This document shows, piece after piece, positions 49,134 through 57,838 of a stretch of DNA of 64,000 nt. This DNA comes from Candidatus Latescibacterota bacterium (GTDB taxonomy: Bacteria; Latescibacterota; UBA2968; UBA8231), in assembly GCA_965204725.1 (NCBI GenBank), contig OZ242005.1, forward strand, positions 512,001 to 576,000. The letters are read 5' to 3'. Under the pieces are notes generated by a model. It was not told the DNA's origin, searched no databases, and was given only the letters and a program-made list of their open reading frames with translations. Each line of letters starts with the position of its first letter. Within the stretch, counting starts at the first letter, position 1. The position numbers and the translations under genes are program-made.

Positions 49134-51128
49134 TCAACTCACCTGCTGATCCTTGAGCCGCGTGATTTCATCGCGCAGATGCGCGGCTTTTTCAAACTCC
49201 AAATTGGTCGCCGCGGCCTTCATTTGCTGCTCCAAGTCGGCGAGCAGCTCGGCTTGGTCTTCTATTTCTTGATAGTTGACCGTTGGCTCGGCGGCCACTT
49301 CGGGTGCCGGGCCGCGCACGCTTTCGAGCACTGAGGTCGCTTGGATGATCTCTTCCCGACTGCGGTATATGGTCTCCGGCACGATGGCGTACTCGGCGTT
49401 GTACGCCTCCTGCTTGTGGCGGCGGCGATAGGTCTCGTCTATGGCCTTCTGCATCGAATTGGTGACGTGGTCGGCGTAAAAGATAACCTGGCCGGCCGCG
49501 TTGCGGGCCGCGCGGCCAATGGTTTGGATCAGCGCGGTCTCCGAGCGCAAAAAGCCCTCCTTGCTGGCGTCGAGCACGGCCACCAGCGAGACCTCGGGCA
49601 AGTCCAAGCCTTCGCGCAATAGGTTGATTCCCACCAGCACGTCAAACGCCCCTAAGCGCAGGTCGCGGAGGATTTCGACGCGGTCCAAGGTCTCGATATC
49701 CGAATGCAGGTAGCGCACTCGGATGTCGAGCTGTTCAAAGTAGTCGGCGAGGTTTTCGGCCATGCGCTTGGTCATGGTCGTGACCAAGACCCGCTCGCGC
49801 CTTTCGGCCCGCAGCCTAATCTCCTCGACGAGGTCGTCTATTTGCCCCTCTTGGGTCCGCACCTCAATGGAGGGATCGACCAACCCGGTGGGCCGGATCA
49901 CCTGCTCGACCACCACGCCGCCCGACTGCTTCAGCTCGTACTCGGCGGGCGTGGCGGACACGAAAACCGTCCATCCCATCCGCTCTTCAAATTCCTTGAA
50001 GACCAGCGGCCGATTGTCGTACGCCGATGGCAGCCGGAAGCCGTGCTCGACCAAGGTCTCCTTGCGCGAGCGGTCGCCGCGAAACATGCCGCGGATCTGC
50101 GGCACCGTAACGTGCGACTCGTCGATAAAGAGCAGGTAATCCTCGGGGAAGTAATCGAGCAACACATAAGGCGCGGAATCCGGCTGGCGACCGTCCATGT
50201 AGCGCGAGTAGTTTTCGATCCCCGGGCAGAAGCCGACTTCGCGGATGAGTTCCAAGTCGTATTTGGTGCGCGTCTCCAGCCGATGCGCCTCCACCAGCTT
50301 ATTTTCAGTACGCAGGTCGAGGAGATGACGCTCCAGCTCGACGAGGATTTGCTCGCAGGCTTGCTCGGTCCGCTCCTCGTCGGTCACGTAGGCTTTGGCC
50401 GGAAATAGGCTGATGTGTTCGCGCGGCTCCAGCACGTTGCCGGTGAGCGCGTCAATCAGGTAAATCCCTTCGATCTCGTCGCCAAACATCTCAATGCGCA
50501 CGGCGCGGTCTTCCGACCCGGGCACGATCTCGACGATATCGCCTCGCACCCGAAAGCAGCCGCGTTGCAGCTCAAGGTCGTTGCGGCTGTAATAGATGTC
50601 TATTAAGGCGCGCAAGATGTCGTCGCGCTCGATTTGATCGCCTCGTCGCAGGGAGACCTTCTGCTTGTCGTAGTCGCGGGGCGAGCCAATGCCGTAGATG
50701 CACGAGACGGTGGCGACGACGACCACGTCGCGGCGCTGCAGCAGGGCACTGATGGCCTTGAGCCGCAGCCGGTCGATCTCCTCGTTGCGCTCGACCTCCT
50801 TTTCGATGTACGTGTCCGTGCTCGGCTTGTAGGCTTCGGGCTGATAGTAGTCGTAGTAGCTGACGAAATACTCAACTGCGTTGTCGGGAAAGTATCCCTT
50901 GAGTTCGCCGTAGAGCTGGGCGGCCAGCGTCTTGTTGTGCGAGATGACCAAAGCCGGCATCTGCAACTCTTTGATGACGTTGGCCATCGTGAAGGTTTTG
51001 CCGCTGCCAGTCACGCCCAAAAGCGTCTGGCGGGCGTGCTGCTGCCGCACCCCCTCGGCTAGCTCGGCGATGGCTTGGGGTTGGTCGCCTGCGGGCGCGT
51101 ATTCGGAAATTAGCTTGAACTGCTCCAT
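49134..51128 (-). CDS. uvrB: Excinuclease ABC subunit B
   Basis: [46 protein letters not shown]-terminal UVR motif. Confidence 0.97.
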   Translation of the reverse strand: MEQFKLISEYAPAGDQPQAIAELAEGVRQQHARQTLLGVTGSGKTFTMANVIKELQMPALVISHNKTLAAQLYGELKGYFPDNAVEYFVSYYDYYQPEAYKPSTDTYIEKEVERNEEIDRLRLKAISALLQRRDVVVVATVSCIYGIGSPRDYDKQKVSLRRGDQIERDDILRALIDIYYSRNDLELQRGCFRVRGDIVEIVPGSEDRAVRIEMFGDEIEGIYLIDALTGNVLEPREHISLFPAKAYVTDEERTEQACEQILVELERHLLDLRTENKLVEAHRLETRTKYDLELIREVGFCPGIENYSRYMDGRQPDSAPYVLLDYFPEDYLLFIDESHVTVPQIRGMFRGDRSRKETLVEHGFRLPSAYDNRPLVFKEFEERMGWTVFVSATPAEYELKQSGGVVVEQVIRPTGLVDPSIEVRTQEGQIDDLVEEIRLRAERRERVLVTTMTKRMAENLADYFEQLDIRVRYLHSDIETLDRVEILRDLRLGAFDVLVGINLLREGLDLPEVSLVAVLDASKEGFLRSETALIQTIGRAARNAAGQVIFYADHVTNSMQKAIDETYRRRHKQEAYNAEYAIVPETIYRSREEIIQATSVLESVRGPAPEVAAEPTVNYQEIEDQAELLADLEQQMKAAATNLEFEKAAHLRDEITRLKDQQVS

Positions 51129-51150
51129 GAACCCTCCTCGCTGGGCGGCC

Positions 51151-51179
51151 AATCTAGCCGAGTGGCAGCACCCTGTCAA
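51151..51179 (-). promoter_or_regulatory. Sigma70-type promoter of uvrB
   Basis: TTGACA-N17-TAGATT on the minus strand. Confidence 0.65.
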
Positions 51180-51321
51180 TCCGTCCGCGAGCGATGGTGA
51201 CACGATAACACAAATTTGCTGCCATCGTGTCGCCAAGAGGCGATTTGCAAATTTCCGCTGATTTGCATTTAATTATTTAGAAACAAGGGGTTATAGATTT
51301 TTTACATATTAAAGCGACGTA

Positions 51322-51337
51322 TGGCACGAGACTTGCT
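51322..51337 (+). promoter_or_regulatory. Sigma54 (-24/-12) promoter
   Basis: TGGCACGAGACTTGCT matches TGGCACG-N4-TTGCW exactly; IHF-like AAACAAGGGGTTA at 51281-51293 and an inverted repeat at 51195-51235 lie upstream. Confidence 0.75.
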
Positions 51338-51415
51338 ATATAATCTCTTGGACGCCGTAGGCTGGAGAGACCAGATAGCGGCGGCTGGCCGATAACCATA
51401 AGAAGGAGAATCATT

Positions 51416-52414
51416 ATGTTAGAACAACGCTGCTTTGTCTTTCGCATAGCTTCCCATGTCGATTTTGTTCAGGATGAGTTGAGGCGAGGACGCCTGCGCC
51501 AAGGCTGGTCTCCTCAGGGAACCTCTCTCTTGAATGCCGATGGCAGCAAGCGGAGTAAGGAAGAATGGACGCAATCCTACGAGGATGCGTGGAACGAATC
51601 CCCCAGCTCTCGGCGGTATGCGACACTGCACCGCATGCTGAATATGAATAAGGGCGATCTGATTTTTATCCCCAAGCTCCCGACCTACGAGCATTTCACC
51701 ATTGCTGAGGTGAGCAGAGGCTACCAATTTGAAATGGCTCCAGATCAGGAAGATTTTGGGCATATCATCCCTGTGAAGAACCAACAGGTAGTCGCCAATT
51801 GGTACAACCAAGATTCCCAGACGATCCACGAGTTGTTCAGGAGTGCGTTTTTCCGGCCACCAGTTACTCAAGTTCAAGACTATAATACTGAAAGAGTGCT
51901 TTCTGCTGCGAAACGGTTGCTGAATGAGGAGAATACGGATGCTCCTCAAGATCCTAATACAATCAGGAAACATCGATACAATGAAGGCAGGAAGAAGGCT
52001 GCAGAATCCTTGATGGAATATGTCAACAACGAGTGGGGGCATGACCAATTCGAGGCCGCCGTAGGGGAAGCCTTTGAACAAAAAGGGTATGAGCTACTCA
52101 GAAGCAAGAGTACGCGAAACGGTGGAGACGCAGATCATGTGTTTTCTCTGCCCATGCCCGGGTTTGACGATCTGGCTTTGTTGGAACGTACCCCTTTGCT
52201 CATTGTGCAGGTCAAGCACAAAACAGGCACAGACTATGGAGATGTTAAAGGGGTGAATCAGTTGGTCGATTGGATGCCTGATGAAGGGGAGGAAGTGCTG
52301 TACAGGGTGCTGTTCAGCAGCGCGGAGTCTTTCACTGAGGGTTGCAAGAGGATCGCGGAAGCAAAAGACGTCATATTGATTTGTGGTACTGAGGCTGGGC
52401 TGTTCATGCTTTAA
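51416..52414 (+). CDS. Mrr-like (type IV-like) restriction endonuclease with an N-terminal putative recognition domain
   Basis: C-terminal FE...F...GY...GGDAD...IVQVKH (PD-QxK, Mrr_cat); N-terminal LRQGW...KGDLIFIP; lower GC than flanks; RBS AAGGAG. Confidence 0.75.
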   Translation: MLEQRCFVFRIASHVDFVQDELRRGRLRQGWSPQGTSLLNADGSKRSKEEWTQSYEDAWNESPSSRRYATLHRMLNMNKGDLIFIPKLPTYEHFTIAEVSRGYQFEMAPDQEDFGHIIPVKNQQVVANWYNQDSQTIHELFRSAFFRPPVTQVQDYNTERVLSAAKRLLNEENTDAPQDPNTIRKHRYNEGRKKAAESLMEYVNNEWGHDQFEAAVGEAFEQKGYELLRSKSTRNGGDADHVFSLPMPGFDDLALLERTPLLIVQVKHKTGTDYGDVKGVNQLVDWMPDEGEEVLYRVLFSSAESFTEGCKRIAEAKDVILICGTEAGLFML

Positions 52415-52461
52415 TGCAGTACCGAATCGCCGATCAGCTTGGACCGCAAAAAACTACGGCT

Positions 52462-52580
52462 TATAGCAGTCCTAAATGACTCGAAAGCATGGAGTGTTGA
52501 TCGGCCCGGTCTTTTTTGCATCTCAGGCGTCATTCCCGCGAAAGCGGGAATCCAGTCTTGAAGGATGTAGGAGTGCTATA
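52462..52580. mobile_element. MITE with IS630-type ends (119 bp including flanking TA)
   Basis: Ends TATAGCAGTCCTAAAT and ATGTAGGAGTGCTATA each match the corresponding end of the IS630 at 57834-58973 at 15/16 positions. Confidence 0.75.
52529..52555 (+). repeat. REP-like palindrome, copy 1
   Basis: GTCATTCCCGCGAAAGCGGGAATCCAG; exact reverse complement at 55011-55037. Confidence 0.85.
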
Positions 52581-52755
52581 TAACTGACGTTACGGGCTGT
52601 CGCTTCATGGCACGTTAGGCTCGAAGCCGATGCAACCCCAAGATGCCCAAGCGTACCATCCAATATGCATCCTATGGCAGGTCGCTTTCGCGTTTGTGCC
52701 GGCAATACGGCATCCAGACGCCTAGGATGCGCCAGCGGCTCAGGCCACACCACCA

Positions 52756-52938
52756 ATGCAAGAGAGCCTCAGAGTGCTTGAAAAGGATGGCTGGCACCAA
52801 GTCAGGATGCGTGGAAGTCATCGGCAATTTAAGCACTCTACCAAGCGAGAGTTGATAACGGTGCCCGGACGTTTAGGCGACGATCTGGCTATTGGCACTC
52901 TTAACAGCATATTGAAGAAAGCAGAGCTAAAAGAGTGA
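52756..52938 (+). CDS. hicA: HicA toxin
   Basis: LEKDGW...RGSHRQFKH...TVPG...DLAIGTLNSILK. Confidence 0.88.
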   Translation: MQESLRVLEKDGWHQVRMRGSHRQFKHSTKRELITVPGRLGDDLAIGTLNSILKKAELKE

Positions 52939-53147
52939 AATATCTAATCGTCGTGGAAAAGACCGAGACCGGATTCTCGGCGTACTCGCCGGACCTTTTA
53001 GGTTGTGTAGCGACGGGCGCGACGGAAGAAGAAACCGGAGCGAATATGAAGGAAGCGATCTCGTTTCACGTCGAGGGCCTGAAGCAGGAGGGATTCCCCG
53101 TGCCGCAGCCCTCTACGAAGTCCGCTTACATTGAAGGCGCAGCATGA
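52935..53147 (+). CDS. hicB: HicB antitoxin (short form)
   Basis: YLIVVEK..TGFSAYSPDL.GCVATG.T.EE...NMKEAI.FH; GTGA overlap with hicA. Confidence 0.9.
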   Translation: MKYLIVVEKTETGFSAYSPDLLGCVATGATEEETGANMKEAISFHVEGLKQEGFPVPQPSTKSAYIEGAA

Positions 53148-53337
53148 GAATTCACCAACCAACAATCCATCCCTAAAAGGAAGGCATCAATGATCCCTCT
53201 ACTTGAAAACAAAGACGAATTGAAAGAATTCTTGGAATACTGTGAACTAGCTGTCGAGAAGACGGGAAACACACTCAATGAACGTGGTCCTTTGCAGCTA
53301 TGTCACTTCACCCACAAACTCACGCATTCTGCCCTCA

Positions 53338-54261
53338 GAAGCCTTTTTAAAACTCTTTTTCTTTGTTTTTTCGCTTGAGCAACAGATGGATCATAACGAT
53401 ATGTATAAAGGCTTGGCTATTGTCGGTTAAGGTTTCATAGTCTTTGGCGTGGATACGATAGTTACCCAACCAAGCAAAGGTTCGTTCGACGACCCATCGG
53501 CGCTTGAGTAGGGTAAAGCCTGGACGTGGTTTTTCACGGACGTCCAATCGGATTTTATAGGTTTGTTTTAAGTTGGCGACCCATGCGTTGAGCGCCTCCC
53601 CTCGGTAACCGGCATCGACCCATACTCTTCTCAGCCGTTGGACGCCGGCGGAGAAATAGTCCCTCAACAGGGCCTTTAGGCCGTCGGCGTCGGAGACATC
53701 GGCGGCGGTGACCTTACATTGCAGGATCGATCCTTGGCTATCGACTAACAGGTGGCGTTTGCGTCCTTTGACCCGTTTCCCGGCGTCGTAGCCGATGGCT
53801 CGGCCTTGGGTTGCGGTCTTAACACTCTGGGCGTCGATGCCGCCGGCCGACGGGGTTGGCCGGCGGCCTTGTTGGGTGCGCTGTTGGCGGGTCAAGGCGT
53901 CCAGTATCCGGGGCCAGTGCCCGTCTCGCCGCCAGCGATTGAAGTATCCATACACTGTTTGCCACGGCCCAAACGTCGGCGGCAGCATCGGCCACGGACA
54001 GCCGGTTTTAGCCCGATAGAGGATCCCATTGAGCACCAAACGTAGAGTCCGGGGCGGACGACCCGGACCCCCACGACGCCAACGACGCGAGGGCAAGAAG
54101 GGAGACAGCCGCTGCCATTGCGCGTCTGTTAGGTCGGTCGGATATTGATATGGCGTACTCATCGGAGACCTTTCGTTCAGGGTTCTTAGGCGAAACCTGA
54201 AGGTGTTCGGTGAGTACGCCTACGTCAAATCCAAGCAAAAAAGGAGTTTTAAAAAGGCTTC
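53338..54261 (-). mobile_element. IS5-family insertion sequence (IS1031/IS427-like)
   Basis: Perfect terminal inverted repeats GAAGCCTTTTTAAAACTC; flanked by TCA and TAA (TNA-type target). Confidence 0.9.
53347..54162 (-). CDS. IS5 family transposase
   Basis: YPTDLTDAQW, IDAQSVK, GYDAGKRVKGRKRHLLVD, VDAGY, RWVVERTFAWL. Confidence 0.95.
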   Translation of the reverse strand: MSTPYQYPTDLTDAQWQRLSPFLPSRRWRRGGPGRPPRTLRLVLNGILYRAKTGCPWPMLPPTFGPWQTVYGYFNRWRRDGHWPRILDALTRQQRTQQGRRPTPSAGGIDAQSVKTATQGRAIGYDAGKRVKGRKRHLLVDSQGSILQCKVTAADVSDADGLKALLRDYFSAGVQRLRRVWVDAGYRGEALNAWVANLKQTYKIRLDVREKPRPGFTLLKRRWVVERTFAWLGNYRIHAKDYETLTDNSQAFIHIVMIHLLLKRKNKEKEF

Positions 54262-54687
54262 TAAGGTTCCAGATTGAGCCCGTCGTGATCTTGTTGTCTA
54301 AAGCCGCATGGTCAGAAGTATGTGGTTGGAAGCGTTGGGGGGCAAAAGGCCCAAAGGACTACATTGGAGGCATGAAGTGCTACCATTTGAACTATCCCGA
54401 GATCTTTGACACCTTCAACGGCAATGAACTTACATCAACCACCCTATGGTCGTTTTCAGGACCTCCTACCTTGGGCAACGACCCAAACCAAGGTCTCGAT
54501 CTCCCTAACAAGCCTGCATCTTTTTCATCATGGAACGAACAATGGGAGACGCTCAATGTGGACATCAGTAGTATCACGGGTATTACCAAACTTACCCTCC
54601 GTTATGAGTATGACTGAGAAGCGTCTCTAAAATAGAAGCGGGAGTTGTTCAGTCGGCTGGGGTGATTAATGCGATGGCGAGACGTCT

Positions 54688-54948
54688 ATGAAAGTGCATG
54701 AATTCACGGTCATTCTAATAGCCGATCCCAACGAAGAAGCATCGGATCGGCTCTATAGCGTCTTCAATGACGGTACGCTTGTCACAACGGCTGGTGTGCC
54801 GCAGGTTCACTTTCACCGCGAAGCCCCGTCGTTGGAGGACGCCATCGGCTCTGCGCTAGCACACGTCAGCAAAGCAGGCTTTGATGTGGTTCGTGTAGAA
54901 ATCGAACCGCGCAACGTTTTGACCGCGCAATCGAGCGCGATCATGTAG
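54688..54948 (+). CDS. Small antitoxin-like hypothetical protein
   Basis: HEFTVIL...DRLY...DGT...FHREAPSLEDAI.SA pattern recalled from TA-associated small proteins; not verified. Confidence 0.55.
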   Translation: MKVHEFTVILIADPNEEASDRLYSVFNDGTLVTTAGVPQVHFHREAPSLEDAIGSALAHVSKAGFDVVRVEIEPRNVLTAQSSAIM

Positions 54949-54959
54949 TAGTAACCCAA

Positions 54960-55092
54960 GAAGCGTTCTTAAAATTAGGGTTTCAATCTCTGGTTCGGCT
55001 TGGTCCTTTTCTGGATTCCCGCTTTCGCGGGAATGACCGCGAGAGTCGTCATTCAAGACGAGCCAAAGCAACATAAGTTTTAAGAATGCTTC
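54960..55092. mobile_element. Candidate MITE with IS5-like ends (133 bp)
   Basis: GAAGCGTTCTTAAAA ... TTTTAAGAATGCTTC (14/15 inverted match; 13/15 to the IS5 repeat); no target duplication seen. Confidence 0.55.
55011..55037 (-). repeat. REP-like palindrome, copy 2
   Basis: CTGGATTCCCGCTTTCGCGGGAATGAC, 27/27 to copy 1 in inverted orientation. Confidence 0.85.
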
Positions 55093-55115
55093 ACTTCCAA
55101 AAAAGGAGGAAAGCA

Positions 55116-57029
55116 ATGGCTAAAGTCATCGGCATTGACTTAGGCACCACCAACTCGTGCGTCGCTGTCATCGAAGGGCAAGACGCAGAGGTTATCGCCA
55201 ATTCCGAAGGAGGCCGCACCACACCCTCCATGGTCGCCTTCACCAAAGAGGGCGAGCGCCTCGTCGGCCAGACCGCCAAACGCCAAGCCGTCACCAACCC
55301 GCAAAACACGATCTATTCGATCAAGCGCTTCATGGGCCGCCGCTACGACGAAGTCGCCAACGAGATGAGCGAAGTGCCCTACGAAGTGGCCCCAGGGAGC
55401 CGCTCCTTAGCCGTGGCCAAAATCGACGGCAAGGAACACACGCCGCCGGAAATCTCGGCCATGATCTTGCAAAAGATGAAGCAGACGGCCGAAGACTATC
55501 TGGGCGAGGAAGTGCAACAAGCCGTCGTCACCGTCCCGGCGTACTTCAACGACTCCCAACGCCAAGCCACCAAGGACGCGGGCACCATCGCCGGCTTGGA
55601 GGTCTTGCGCATCGTCAACGAGCCGACCGCCGCGGCGCTGGCCTACGGCTTGGACAAGGGCGGCTCCAGCGAGCAGATCGCCGTGTACGACCTCGGCGGC
55701 GGCACCTTCGACATTTCCATCCTCGAACTCGGCGACGGCGTCTTCGAGGTCAAATCCACCAACGGCGACACCCACCTCGGCGGCGACGATTTCGACCAGA
55801 AGATCATCGACTGGCTCGCCGAGGAATTTCAAAAGAGCGAGGGCATTGACCTGCGCCAAGACGCGATGGCCCTGCAACGGCTCAAGGAAGCAGGCGAAAA
55901 AGCTAAAATCGAGCTGTCCTCCTCCACTTCAACCGACATCAACCTGCCCTTTATTACCGCCGACCAGACCGGCCCCAAGCACTTGCAAACCAGCCTGTCG
56001 CGCGCCCAGTTTGAACGCTTGGTTGACGACCTAGTTGAGCGCACCAAGGCCCCTTGTCAGCAGGCCCTCGCCGACGCCGAGTTGCAAGCCAGCGACATCG
56101 ACCAAGTGATTTTGGTCGGCGGCTCGACGCGCATGCCGAAAATCCAAGAAGCGGTCCAAGCACTCTTCGGCAAGGAGCCGCATCGGGGCGTCAATCCCGA
56201 CGAGGTGGTCGCCTTGGGCGCGGCCATTCAAGCGGGCGTACTCGCGGGCGACGTCGACGATGTCCTGCTGCTCGATGTCACGCCGCTTTCGCTGGGGATC
56301 GAGACCATGGGCGGGGTGATGACGCGGCTGATTGACCGCAACACCACCATCCCCACCAAGAAGAGCCAGATTTTTTCCACGGCCTCGGACAACCAGCCCT
56401 CGGTGGAAGTCCACGTGTTGCAAGGCGAGCGCGAGTTTGCCAACGACAACCGCACCCTCGGCCGCTTCCACCTCGACGGCATTCCCACGGCCCCGCGCGG
56501 CATGCCCCAAATCGAGGTGACCTTCGACATTGACGCCAACGGCATCCTCAACGTCGCGGCCAAGGACAAGGGCACCAACAAGGAGCAATCCATCCGCATT
56601 GAGTCGTCCTCGGGCTTGAGCCAAGACGAGATTGACACCATGCAAAAGGACGCCGAGACCCACGCCGATGAGGACAAAAAGCGCCGCGAAGACATCGATC
56701 GCCGCAACGAGGCCGACCAGCTCATCTACGCGGCAGAAAAGTCGGTCGCCGAACACGGCGACAAGATAACCGACGCCGACAAGAAAGGCGTTGAGGACGC
56801 GGTGGCCGCGCTAAAGAAAGCACTCGAAGGCACGGACGACGAGGCCATCAAGCAGGCCATGACCGCCCTGCAACAGGCGTCGCACAAACTGGCGGAGGAA
56901 ATATACAAGGACGCCCAAGCCCAACAGACGCAGGAAGCCCCGGAAGGTGCGGCCAGTCAGCCGCAAGGGGGCGGGGACTCGGGCGCGGTGGATGCGGACT
57001 TTAAGGTGGTGGACGACGACAAGAAGTAG
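55116..57029 (+). CDS. dnaK: Molecular chaperone DnaK (Hsp70)
   Basis: [51 protein letters not shown]; RBS AGGAGG. Confidence 0.98.
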   Translation: MAKVIGIDLGTTNSCVAVIEGQDAEVIANSEGGRTTPSMVAFTKEGERLVGQTAKRQAVTNPQNTIYSIKRFMGRRYDEVANEMSEVPYEVAPGSRSLAVAKIDGKEHTPPEISAMILQKMKQTAEDYLGEEVQQAVVTVPAYFNDSQRQATKDAGTIAGLEVLRIVNEPTAAALAYGLDKGGSSEQIAVYDLGGGTFDISILELGDGVFEVKSTNGDTHLGGDDFDQKIIDWLAEEFQKSEGIDLRQDAMALQRLKEAGEKAKIELSSSTSTDINLPFITADQTGPKHLQTSLSRAQFERLVDDLVERTKAPCQQALADAELQASDIDQVILVGGSTRMPKIQEAVQALFGKEPHRGVNPDEVVALGAAIQAGVLAGDVDDVLLLDVTPLSLGIETMGGVMTRLIDRNTTIPTKKSQIFSTASDNQPSVEVHVLQGEREFANDNRTLGRFHLDGIPTAPRGMPQIEVTFDIDANGILNVAAKDKGTNKEQSIRIESSSGLSQDEIDTMQKDAETHADEDKKRREDIDRRNEADQLIYAAEKSVAEHGDKITDADKKGVEDAVAALKKALEGTDDEAIKQAMTALQQASHKLAEEIYKDAQAQQTQEAPEGAASQPQGGGDSGAVDADFKVVDDDKK

Positions 57030-57184
57030 GGGGCAGTCCTCAGCGTACTCGCCCGATGAGAAACGCTTGGGGTGGCTTGATGGGGGTTTCGGACAGCTTC
57101 TTAGAAGCAAGCGGTCTCATAACTTGCGAAGGGCATTAGGTCTTTTGCTCTTTTTCCTATTCCTGTATATTGCTTCCAATAAGA

Positions 57185-57234
57185 GGTCGCCGTGTCTCGC
57201 CATATATCCGAGTTTTAGGCGAGACACGGCGACC
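57185..57234. repeat. Perfect 17-bp inverted repeat with 16-nt loop
   Basis: GGTCGCCGTGTCTCGCC-N16-GGCGAGACACGGCGACC. Confidence 0.8.
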
Positions 57235-57289
57235 CCAGCGGAAGTCAGGTTCTTGACACCATGAGCGAGTCTATAGAACTCAATATACA

Positions 57290-57838
57290 ATGATAGCCAT
57301 AGATTTATTCGCTGGTGTCGGTGGGATGAGCACAGGTGCTGCCCAAGCTGGAATTGACGTGAAGTTCGCTGTCGAGTCCGATCAATACGCTGCCTGTGCA
57401 TATCGCAACAATCATCCGCATTGCGAGATTTTTGTTGACGACATTCGCCGATTACCTTCAGAAAAAATTAGGCAGATACCTCGCGGTTCGGATGGTACTG
57501 TTGTCTTTGGGGGACCTCCGTGTCAGGGTTTTTCGTATTCCAATACACGCACCCGTGGGATAAAAAATAAAAATAACTGGTTGTTCGATGATTTCGTCCG
57601 CGTGGTTAAGATCTGGCAACCTGACTTCGTCGTATTTGAAAACGTCCGGGGAATTGTTGATACAGCTAAGGGAATTATTCTCGATATTATCATTGATCGA
57701 TTCGATCTATTGGGCTATACGATAAACTGTGGCATACTAAATGCTCTTGACTTCGGTGTGCCACAAAGACGTAACCGCTTTTTTTTAATAGGCTCACGAA
57801 ACAATAAGAAGATTGAACTACCTCGACCAACACTATAG
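57290..57838 (+). pseudogene. DNA cytosine-C5 methyltransferase, truncated by IS630
   Basis: Motifs I DLFAGVGG, IV GGPPCQGFS, VI FENV, VIII QRRNRFF; stop lies inside the IS end; TRD and motifs IX-X missing. Confidence 0.9.

Larger units (their letters stand above)
53190..54617 (+). pseudogene. Unknown 166-aa protein gene split by IS5
   Basis: Joining 53190-53337 to 54265-54617 restores one open frame (...HSALRFQIEP...); RBS AAGGAAGG. Confidence 0.6.

Noticed and set aside
279-51261. Many long antisense or alternate-frame ORFs (e.g. 279-1268, 2062-3012, 15593-16645, 17222-18157)
   Set aside because: Shadow ORFs of well-supported genes in GC-rich DNA, with no recognisable motifs
52571-52580. 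GAGTGCTA resembling half of a CIRCE element upstream of dnaK
   Set aside because: No TTAGCACTC arm 9 bp upstream; it is the MITE end and lies 2.5 kb from dnaK
52643-52855. 70-aa ORF with LSRLCRQYGI, similar to an MNT antitoxin start
   Set aside because: No nucleotidyltransferase GS/DxD motif and it overlaps hicA; at most a remnant
52415-55110. CRISPR array or REPIN cluster
   Set aside because: Only two copies of the repeat, inverted and 2.5 kb apart; no spacers, cas genes or RAYT in the window
57117-57401. 94-aa minus-strand ORF as a controller (C) protein for the methyltransferase
   Set aside because: No HTH pattern; overlaps the methyltransferase and the hairpin
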